Source: Phycisphaerales bacterium
Lineage (GTDB): Bacteria; Planctomycetota; Phycisphaerae; WQYP01
Assembly (NCBI GenBank): GCA_027451365.1
Contig: DAIDJN010000084.1
Span: 32,001 to 96,000 of the forward strand
DNA length: 64,000 bases
Reading direction: 5' to 3'
A program made the translations under genes and the position numbers. The notes under the pieces are model-generated. The model saw only the letters and a list, made by a program, of their open reading frames with translations. It searched no databases and was not told where the DNA came from. Of this stretch, positions 52,881 through 60,255 are shown piece by piece (the stretch's first letter is position 1; every line of letters begins with the position of its first letter).

Positions 52881-53584
52881 TTGAGTGCCTCCAGCAGATC
52901 GGTGGATTTGGCGACCACGCCGAATATTGCGCCGACCCGCACCTGCCAGACGGACATGGCGTGACTGGCCGGATTGACGGCAGCGCAGCAATCTTCCAGC
53001 AGCAGACATTCATAACCGCGGTCATTGGCCTCACGCAAGGTCGTATGCACACAGACATCCGTGGTAACGCCTGCGACTGCCAGATTGCGGATGCCGCGCG
53101 TCCGCAGAATCAAATCCAGGTCTGTTGCGTAGAAGGCGCCTTTGCCCGGCTTATCCACAACCGGCTCGCCGGGCAGTGGCGCAAGTTCAGGCACAATTTC
53201 CCAGCCTGGCTCGCCACGGGTCAGCGCCATGCCGCACGGTCCGGGATCGCGTCCTATTGGCACACCCGCGCGGGCCAGCCGCCAAGCCTTGTTGGCGGGC
53301 ACATCCGCGGAATCGCGACGATGGCCTTCGCGCGTGTGAATAATATGAAACCCGCCGACGCGCATCGCTTCAAGCACCTTGGCCACAGCGGGAATAACCG
53401 CACGGGTACCGCTGACCGGCAAACCGAGGCGGTCAATGAATCCACCTTTGGAGCAAAAATCGTGTTGCATGTCGATTACCAGCAGCGCAGTGTTTGACGG
53501 CCGCAGATCACCATCAAATGGCCACGGGTAAATTTCCGCCTGGACGCGGGAATATGCCTTTTCGGAATGGAGTTTGGCGGTCAT
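52877..53584 (-). CDS. Third, divergent BiuH-family cysteine hydrolase, substrate unknown
   Basis: Intact triad (IDMQ, KPGKG, DVCV), but GGFIDRLGLP and QVRVGAIFG replace GGYxDxxGYD and MVKMQxGVFG. Confidence 0.85.
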   Translation of the reverse strand: MTAKLHSEKAYSRVQAEIYPWPFDGDLRPSNTALLVIDMQHDFCSKGGFIDRLGLPVSGTRAVIPAVAKVLEAMRVGGFHIIHTREGHRRDSADVPANKAWRLARAGVPIGRDPGPCGMALTRGEPGWEIVPELAPLPGEPVVDKPGKGAFYATDLDLILRTRGIRNLAVAGVTTDVCVHTTLREANDRGYECLLLEDCCAAVNPASHAMSVWQVRVGAIFGVVAKSTDLLEALK

Positions 53585-54507
53585 CGGAGGCTCGCCCCCA
53601 GTTCGGCCGGCGCGCCAACCCAAGCCCGTGTTTTTGAACAGGTCAGAATCATAATAACGAGCGTGAGAATATAGGGCGCGGCGTTGAAAAGGTAGGTGAA
53701 GGAACTGAAACCCGCCGCCTGAAGCGCCGGGCCGATTGCCTTGGCACCACCGAAGATGACTGCGGCATAGATACAGTTGATTGGATTCCAGCGTGCGAAA
53801 ATCACCAAAGCCACGGCCATCAGGCCCTGACCGCTGGAAATATTGTTGTTCCATGAACCCGGATAATACAGTGATAGAAACGCCCCGCCGATGCCGGCGA
53901 TAAACCCGCCGACGGCCGTTGCCAGAAAGCGGATCATTTTCACGGAATAACCCATGGCACGGGATGCATCGGTACTTTCACCGGCGACGCGCACAATCAT
54001 ACCCCACCGCGTGTAGCGGAAGGCCCACCAGAAGAAGATTGCCAGAGCCACGCCGACCGGCAGGAGAATATTCATTTTCAAGGCGGCAACAATTTCGGAA
54101 TGATTGCTCCACCAGCCCAGATTGATGGAGCCTAACTGGGGTGCCTGAGGCTGAATCAGCGGCCGGCCCAGATAAAACGCTATCCCCTGGCCGAAAAACA
54201 TCATGGCAATTCCGAGTGCGATATCATTAACCCTGGGGAAGGAACAGAGCCATCCGTGGAGGCCGCCCATAATAAATCCGACGCCCGCTGCAGCGAGGAC
54301 ACCGAGCCATGGCGACCCGGTCAGATAGGCGACGCCATATCCGGTCATGGCACCCATGACCAAGGTGCCTTCCTGCCCAAGGTTAATGCGGCCGCTCTTT
54401 TCGGTAAGGCACTCGCCAAGCGAGACAAAAAGAAATGGCGGACTAAGGCGTAAAATGCCTCCGAGAATCGCCAGGGGAACGCCCCAAAATCCAAGGCCGG
54501 AACTCAT
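53581..54507 (-). CDS. ABC transporter permease
   Basis: GECLTEKSGRINLGQEG, GQGLMAVALVIFARWNP, APYILT. Confidence 0.92.
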   Translation of the reverse strand: MSSGLGFWGVPLAILGGILRLSPPFLFVSLGECLTEKSGRINLGQEGTLVMGAMTGYGVAYLTGSPWLGVLAAAGVGFIMGGLHGWLCSFPRVNDIALGIAMMFFGQGIAFYLGRPLIQPQAPQLGSINLGWWSNHSEIVAALKMNILLPVGVALAIFFWWAFRYTRWGMIVRVAGESTDASRAMGYSVKMIRFLATAVGGFIAGIGGAFLSLYYPGSWNNNISSGQGLMAVALVIFARWNPINCIYAAVIFGGAKAIGPALQAAGFSSFTYLFNAAPYILTLVIMILTCSKTRAWVGAPAELGASLR

Positions 54508-55622
54508 ATCTTCACCCGTGGTTGAAAGATTTTCCATCTGCCGTAGAGAGTCTCGGAAGCGAGAATAAATACGAACAGTAGTCCCTGAAACACCAGCGCG
54601 GCGGAATTTGGCAGGCCAAGCTGCGTCTGGAGCAGAATTTTTCCAGCGTGAACGCCGCCCAGTAAAATGGCAACAGGAATAATGGCCAGCGGATTCTGGC
54701 GTGCCATAAAGGCGACCAGAATTCCTGCGTAACCATAACCGACATTCAGGCCGTCGTTGGCGCGCTCCTGCACGGCGGCAACTTGAATCATGCCAGCCAA
54801 ACCGGCACAGGCGCCGCCCAGAAAAGCGAACCAGACAATCAGGCGATTGATTTTAATTCCGGACAGCCTGGCGGCCTTGGGGTTACCGCCGGCCAAGTCG
54901 GCCGAAAACCCGATAGTGGTATGCTGGGTAAGCAGCCACGCCAGAACACAGACGACCAGCCCGACGACCAGCCCCCAGTGCACCTGGCTATTGCCGATAT
55001 CGGTGAACATATTGTTGTCACCAATGCTATACGTGGATGGGTTATTTAATGAGCTGGGATCGTGGAACGCCCCTTCCACAAGCTGATTAAAAATTGCGAT
55101 TGCGATGTAATTCATCAGCAGCGTGCTGATGGTTTCGTTTACCCCGCGATAAACGCGAAGCATGGCCGGCAGCATGATCCACAGGCCGCCCACCAGGCAA
55201 CCTGCAGCGCCCATCACCAGCCAGACTATCAGCGGTGGTGCATTTGGCACAAAGTGGGCAGCCTCAGCGGCAAATAATCCGCCCAGAACAAAAGCGCCTT
55301 CGCCCCCTATCACAATCAGTCCGGTGCGGGCTGGCAGTGCGGTGCAAAGGCCCGTAAGCAGCAAAGGAGCCGCCTTGACCAGCGTGACCTGCCAGGAAAA
55401 GCTGGTTCCAAAGCCGCCCAAGTACATCGCGTAAAGGGCGCTGATCGGATTGACCTTCAGCAGGGCAACAAACACGCTGAAGGCCATCACCGAGGCTAGG
55501 AGAGCAACCCCGGTGATGGCCAGCGATTCAGCAAGTTTAAGCAGCACGTCACTGCGCGCCCGGACCGCATTGGGAACGGGAAGACTGATCCAGGTTTGTG
55601 GTCGAGTGAGTCGCATGTTCAA
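54504..55622 (-). CDS. ABC transporter permease
   Basis: AAPLLLTGL, IGGEGA, VNETISTLLMNY, GYGYAGILVAF. Confidence 0.92.
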   Translation of the reverse strand: MNMRLTRPQTWISLPVPNAVRARSDVLLKLAESLAITGVALLASVMAFSVFVALLKVNPISALYAMYLGGFGTSFSWQVTLVKAAPLLLTGLCTALPARTGLIVIGGEGAFVLGGLFAAEAAHFVPNAPPLIVWLVMGAAGCLVGGLWIMLPAMLRVYRGVNETISTLLMNYIAIAIFNQLVEGAFHDPSSLNNPSTYSIGDNNMFTDIGNSQVHWGLVVGLVVCVLAWLLTQHTTIGFSADLAGGNPKAARLSGIKINRLIVWFAFLGGACAGLAGMIQVAAVQERANDGLNVGYGYAGILVAFMARQNPLAIIPVAILLGGVHAGKILLQTQLGLPNSAALVFQGLLFVFILASETLYGRWKIFQPRVKI

Positions 55623-56758
55623 TTCCAGCTGATTTTGCCAATAACCCCTTTGACCAGATAGTTCATCGAATCAAGTTTGGGGTCCGCATCGTGATAAATA
55701 ACGCCGGCGGGAATCACAAGTTTTCCCGTATTGGAATACAAAGGTCCTTTGAAAATCTGGAACTTTCCGGCAAGAAACAGCTTCTTGACGGCCAGTGCGG
55801 CCATTTTGGCCTTCATGGAAACAGCCGGGCCGAATGGATCCAGCTTCACGACACCATCACGAAATCCTTGCATAATGCTGTGGGGGAATGGCTTGCCAGC
55901 CATTTTATCCATGACAAGTTCCTTGTAGATTGGTGCCCAATTCCAGGCAGATCCGGTCAGAAAACCTTTGGGATAGAGCTTTGCACCATTGAAATGGTAA
56001 CCACATACATAGATGCCGCGGCTTTTTGCGGTCAGAATAATCTGTTTGGGGCTGTCCACGTGCATCGTCACGACATCGATGCCCTGATCAGCCAGACTGT
56101 TGACCGACTGGGCTTCCTTGACGGGCTGGAACCAGTCACCGGTGAAGATAACCGTGCAGGTCGCTTTGGGATTTACGGACATGGCGCCGAGGGTGAAGGC
56201 ATTGATGTCGCGCAGAACCTGCGGAATTGGCTTGGCGGCAATGAAGCCGAGCTTGTTGGTTTTGGTGGTGTAACCCGCCACGATTCCAGTGAGATATTCC
56301 ACTTCATCCACGTCACCAAAGTAAGTCGCCACATTTTTGGGAGTTTTGCCCGGCACATAGTCGCCGCCGCAATGGACGAACAGCACGCCGGGGTACTTGG
56401 GAGCCAGCTTGCAGACGAACGGAAAATAGCCGTAGGACGTGGCAAAAATTACCTTGGCGTTGTCAAAATTAATCATGCTTTGCATGGTCTGGGTGACGGC
56501 AATGGTTTCCGGCACGTTGTCCTGCACAACAACCTTGACGCCGGGAATTTTTTTCAGTGTCTTGCCGGCGACGGCCTGGGCTTCATTGTAACCCCAGTCC
56601 TTGGTGGATCCGACGGTGATCACACCAACCGTGGTCCCGGCAAACAGGGAGCGCGTCATGCCGCCAAACGTCAGGACCAGGCTAAGCAAAACCGCGAACA
56701 TTGGAATCCAGGGCGCTGCGGGCACCAAGGAACGATATGGCAAACGTATTCGATTCAT
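55619..56758 (-). CDS. BMP-family ABC substrate-binding protein
   Basis: Signal peptide; DWGYN, FATSYGY, KLGFIAAKPIPQVLRDINAF, MNYLVKGV. Confidence 0.92.
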   Translation of the reverse strand: MNRIRLPYRSLVPAAPWIPMFAVLLSLVLTFGGMTRSLFAGTTVGVITVGSTKDWGYNEAQAVAGKTLKKIPGVKVVVQDNVPETIAVTQTMQSMINFDNAKVIFATSYGYFPFVCKLAPKYPGVLFVHCGGDYVPGKTPKNVATYFGDVDEVEYLTGIVAGYTTKTNKLGFIAAKPIPQVLRDINAFTLGAMSVNPKATCTVIFTGDWFQPVKEAQSVNSLADQGIDVVTMHVDSPKQIILTAKSRGIYVCGYHFNGAKLYPKGFLTGSAWNWAPIYKELVMDKMAGKPFPHSIMQGFRDGVVKLDPFGPAVSMKAKMAALAVKKLFLAGKFQIFKGPLYSNTGKLVIPAGVIYHDADPKLDSMNYLVKGVIGKISWN

Positions 56759-56797
56759 GGTTAATCCTCAAAAAATGGTGACTGCGTATACACGTAA

Positions 56798-57844
56798 TCA
56801 AAAGAACACATTGATACCGGCTGTGCCGACATAAATATTCCGATGACCACCCGTTCCGAGAATAGTAGAGGCCTTCATCAGATTATCATTCAGTTCATTG
56901 TAATATTGAAAACCAGCAAACGCGTTCCAGGCACCGAACTTGATCGGAACAAACGAAAGCGGGACTGAAAGTTGCACGCCTGATGACAGCACGCCAAAAT
57001 TGTTGTTGGTTTGCCCGGAGGCGTCCCAGAAATCCTTCGGACCAACTGTTACCCAAGTGGGGAACGAGAGGGTGATGGGGTATTTCTTGATCGCGTGAAT
57101 GGTAAGCGTGGGAACAGCGCCGATTTCCACATCAAACGTATTGCCGCTCTTTCCAGTCACCACGGTGGAACTTCCGGCAACCGCGTAGAATGGATTGACA
57201 TAGGGGTTGATTGAAAAGTCCTTGACAAATGTATCGTGATAACTCAGCTTCAACGACAAATTCTGTTCCGTTGTGTAAGAACCGTTCGGGCTTATAAAAT
57301 CCACATATTGCAAATCTACGGTCAACGCTTTGGCCAACGTGGTCTTAACGCCGAAGAAGGGGTCAATTTCCTGAAACGCCCCATCGTGAGGAGCGTGCTG
57401 CTGACTGTTCCAGTCCTGCCAGATGCCGCCGTAGGCGGTGACATCGGTCAGAAATCCCTTGCCGCTGTAAAGTTCCATGTTCACGACCGTTAAAGGCTGC
57501 CAAGTGGCACCTTTATCAGACACATGCAAGCCGCGCGGCGTGATATAGTCGGTTGAAAATGTGGACTGAATGAACACAGAAAATGCGGAACCGAGCGTAT
57601 CCTTGGGAGCCCCATCCAGCGATGCAACCTGGTTGGTGCCATCCGATTTCTGATTCTGGCCATTGACGGCGTTGTACAGCGCATCGTGCGTTGACGCCGC
57701 GGTAGTTGCGGTTCCGGACGCCGGAACGCCGGCCAGACTTGGATCGACCGCGGTTGTTGCCGCGGCGCAATAGCCAGTGCCCGCGCTGATGGCGGCGGCC
57801 GCTATCAGACAAATAAACTTGCTCTTCATTGGTACAATATTCAT
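56798..57844 (-). CDS. Putative outer-membrane beta-barrel / porin
   Basis: Signal peptide, alternating aromatic beta-strands (STDYITPRG, YGGIW, EIDPFFG), C-terminal Phe; AGGAG SD. Confidence 0.7.
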   Translation of the reverse strand: MNIVPMKSKFICLIAAAAISAGTGYCAAATTAVDPSLAGVPASGTATTAASTHDALYNAVNGQNQKSDGTNQVASLDGAPKDTLGSAFSVFIQSTFSTDYITPRGLHVSDKGATWQPLTVVNMELYSGKGFLTDVTAYGGIWQDWNSQQHAPHDGAFQEIDPFFGVKTTLAKALTVDLQYVDFISPNGSYTTEQNLSLKLSYHDTFVKDFSINPYVNPFYAVAGSSTVVTGKSGNTFDVEIGAVPTLTIHAIKKYPITLSFPTWVTVGPKDFWDASGQTNNNFGVLSSGVQLSVPLSFVPIKFGAWNAFAGFQYYNELNDNLMKASTILGTGGHRNIYVGTAGINVFF

Positions 57845-57885
57845 TTTAACTTCTCCTGAAAACAGTTGACGAAACCCCGGCCGGT

Positions 57886-57995
57886 CTAAGCAACAAGCCA
57901 AACCGTAAAGGCCGCGCCGCACAACAGGTGCAGCACCAGAGGGGCGATTTCACGCACCCAAAAACACAGAAGGAAACACATTATCTATCAGGCAT
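57886..57995 (-). other. Coupled upstream ORFs in the operon leader: MPDR* (57995-57981) and a 31-aa hydrophobic ORF (57981-57886)
   Basis: AAGGAGG SD, then ATG CCT GAT AGA TAA; the TAATG overlap starts MCFLLCFWVREIAPLVLHLLCGAAFTVWLVA*. Confidence 0.4.
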
Positions 57996-58002
57996 GTCGG
58001 TC

Positions 58003-58019
58003 CTCCTTAAAAAAAGGAA
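58003..58019 (-). repeat. 17-nt leader element TTCCTTTTTTTAAGGAG, copy 1
   Basis: Identical to 60231-60247 on the + strand. Confidence 0.85.
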
Positions 58020-58138
58020 AGAGCCTAATCTAGGGCGAACGAATTGAATTTCGATCAGCGCTGGCAAAAAATACCGAAACACTGAACATCGTTCCCCTTT
58101 GGAACGAGGGTTCAATCCGAATCACCGTGAAGTGTCAG

Positions 58139-58154
58139 AGCAAAAGCGGTGCCG
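58139..58154 (-). promoter_or_regulatory. Sigma54 (-24/-12) promoter for the biuret/triuret operon
   Basis: Minus strand CGGCACCGCTTTTGCT, i.e. GG-N10-GC with GGCAC and TTGCT. Confidence 0.75.
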
Positions 58155-58308
58155 AATTCAGATTGGCCTGCGTCCAGATCAACCACCATCGCGTGGGAAA
58201 GTGACAAAACGCCGCAGTTCCTTGGTTACCTGCCAATCTGTATGCGATCGGATTGACTTAATTCAATTATTAAGATTCTGCATACAATAGCGGCAGCATA
58301 GGCAGTCA

Positions 58309-58325
58309 AGCACGCCTTTTGGGCA
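58309..58325. promoter_or_regulatory. Possible NtrC-like enhancer site
   Basis: AGCAC-GCCTTTT-GGGCA resembles TGCAC-N7-GTGCA, about 155 bp upstream of the sigma54 site with an AT-rich tract between. Confidence 0.35.
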
Positions 58326-58365
58326 ACCGCCCCCCCCTCCCGCTGCGGCGCGACGGTCTTTCGAC

Positions 58366-59097
58366 CTATGGCTGCGGCGGTAAAGTATGCCGCCAAGCAT
58401 GAAGAACGTGCTCTACAATCTGCTCCACTGCAACGCCATGGGTCACCTGAGCGAATACAAACGGGCCGCCGGCTCGCATTTTTGACGCATCTCGTGCCAT
58501 GATTTCCAGATTCGCGCCAACGGCGGCCGCCAGGTCCGTTTTGTTGATCACCAGCAAATCCGCCTGGGTAATCCCGGGCCCACCCTTTCGTGGAATTTTG
58601 TCCCCACCCGCCACATCAATCACATATATAATGTAATCTGCCAATTCGCGGCTGAAATTCGCCGCCAGATTATCGCCACCGGATTCTATCAGCAACAACT
58701 GGGGCGAAAACGCCTTTTGCAAATCCTCCAGAGCCAGAAGATTCGCGGATATATCCTCGCGGATGGCCGCGTGTGGGCAACCGCCCGTCTGCACGGCCAC
58801 AATTCGCTCGGCCGGTAAAGCGGCATTGCGAATCAAAAATTCTCCATCCTCCTGGGTGAAAATGTCATTCGTGACTGCGGCAATGTTCATGGAATCACGC
58901 AATCGGCGACATAACGCCAGCATCAACGCGGTTTTGCCGCTGCCCACCGGTCCGCCGATGCCAATGGTGAACGCCCTCTTTTTCCAATCCCGATTCTGAT
59001 GCGGCATTTCCCGCTGATGAAAATGCCCAGCATGATCCATTAACTCATGATGATGATCTGGGGCATTGGGATGAAGCGGGCCGTTGATTCGGTGCAT
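58366..59097 (-). CDS. ureG: Urease accessory GTPase with His-rich N-terminus
   Basis: [43 protein letters not shown]. Confidence 0.96.
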   Translation of the reverse strand: MHRINGPLHPNAPDHHHELMDHAGHFHQREMPHQNRDWKKRAFTIGIGGPVGSGKTALMLALCRRLRDSMNIAAVTNDIFTQEDGEFLIRNAALPAERIVAVQTGGCPHAAIREDISANLLALEDLQKAFSPQLLLIESGGDNLAANFSRELADYIIYVIDVAGGDKIPRKGGPGITQADLLVINKTDLAAAVGANLEIMARDASKMRAGGPFVFAQVTHGVAVEQIVEHVLHAWRHTLPPQP

Positions 59098-59161
59098 AAA
59101 GCATACTCCTTAAAGAACAATAGCAATCCAATTTAGCGAATCTGTATCCACCGGCGATGGC

Positions 59162-59830
59162 CTACGAGACAAAAAGGCGCCACGGAAGCCGATCGTGAAC
59201 GCCTTGAAATATTTCCAGAAGCGGTTGCGTCTGAAACGCATTGTCAACGGAAATGCGACGGAAGTTTAGAGCCAGGACACCTATCTGAGTTCCCAGTTCT
59301 CTTTGCAACCGCTGGCCCAGAGTCGGTCCAAGCACACCCAACCGAACGGCGGCAGCCGTCAGCCCGCGTATATGGCAGAACAAATACACATTTCCTATGC
59401 AATCTGCGCTTAAATTAAGTGCCGCGGCGACCGCGCCAAATACAACCGGCAAATGACAGTCGGAGTTCGCCAACAGTTTCAATCCGGAATGTGCCTGATC
59501 GTCATTAAATATGTCCTGCACCGCGCGCATCAGGGCCCTCCCCTGGGCAACGCTTGCCCGTCGGGCGGCGTGGTTCATCGATAGTATGGAAAATCGGCCA
59601 TCCAATTGCGTGGCTTGCAGAGGCGATTGAAACGCCGCGTATAAAAACGGCAAATGTTGTGCGGCCACTTGCTCCACGCTTTGGCGGCAAGTCTGTCGCA
59701 AGGCGGCCAAATCACCAATTTGCCGACAATGCAGCATTGCCTCTAGACCAGACGAATGGGCGAAGCCGCCAGTCGGAAACGCTGAATCAAGGAGTTGCCA
59801 AAGTACAAATGTTTCGCTTCGTTCGGTCAT
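59162..59830 (-). CDS. ureF: Urease accessory protein UreF
   Basis: DSAFPTGGFAHSSGLE, AAVRLG, C-terminal H...RLFVS. Confidence 0.92.
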   Translation of the reverse strand: MTERSETFVLWQLLDSAFPTGGFAHSSGLEAMLHCRQIGDLAALRQTCRQSVEQVAAQHLPFLYAAFQSPLQATQLDGRFSILSMNHAARRASVAQGRALMRAVQDIFNDDQAHSGLKLLANSDCHLPVVFGAVAAALNLSADCIGNVYLFCHIRGLTAAAVRLGVLGPTLGQRLQRELGTQIGVLALNFRRISVDNAFQTQPLLEIFQGVHDRLPWRLFVS

Positions 59831-60059
59831 AAGATTAATCGATCCACTATTCAGACTGTCACCATGCGCGGCAAATCAGGTTCCGTAAAACCGCCGCTGC
59901 GCAACTTTCGTTCAGTCGGTCAAACAAGCAAACGAAATGCCCGTTTTCTATTTACAGCCCGTCATGGAATTTAATAATCAATAATATCCGCGATTGGTGG
60001 AAAACCTTACCATGCCCCTGCCGAAGCCGGCGATCCGTTCTGAGAATTTTTTTGGGGCC

Positions 60060-60075
60060 CGGTACGCGGTTTGCA
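60060..60075 (+). promoter_or_regulatory. Sigma54 (-24/-12) promoter for the urt operon
   Basis: CGGTACGCGGTTTGCA, i.e. GG-N10-GC with ACG and TTGCA. Confidence 0.7.
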
Positions 60076-60230
60076 TACCTTTTACATTCGTGGTGCCGGC
60101 ATCGATGAGTGTTTACTCACGACCGACGCGGAAACCAGCGGCATGCCGGGTTCACTTTTAACAGTTTGCCGGTGCTTGCTTATGGGTTCTCGGCGCTGGA
60201 GGACTTTTTTTTGTCCGCCGGAGCAGGTTG

Positions 60231-60247
60231 TTCCTTTTTTTAAGGAG
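60231..60247 (+). repeat. 17-nt leader element TTCCTTTTTTTAAGGAG, copy 2, containing the urtA SD
   Basis: Identical to the reverse complement of 58003-58019. Confidence 0.85.
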
Positions 60248-60255
60248 ACTCGTTG

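Noticed and set aside
53151..53159. Perfect DnaA box TTATCCACA
   Set aside because: Single copy inside a CDS (encodes VDK on the minus strand); no cluster.
52877..53584. Calling the third hydrolase guanylurea hydrolase
   Set aside because: It lacks the Glu expected at the Gln-equivalent position, and no guanidine riboswitch or carboxylase genes were recognised nearby.
52189..53854. Long N-terminal extensions in track ORFs (to 52320, 53009, 53854)
   Set aside because: They overlap upstream genes. Internal ATGs at stop/start overlaps give family-typical lengths.
55691..56764. 357-aa + strand ORF, and similar antisense ORFs such as 5965-6885
   Set aside because: They mirror well-supported minus-strand genes and are explained by codon bias.
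58100..58130. GGTTCAATCC as a tRNA T-arm
   Set aside because: No cloverleaf or acceptor stem; it is part of the leader hairpin.
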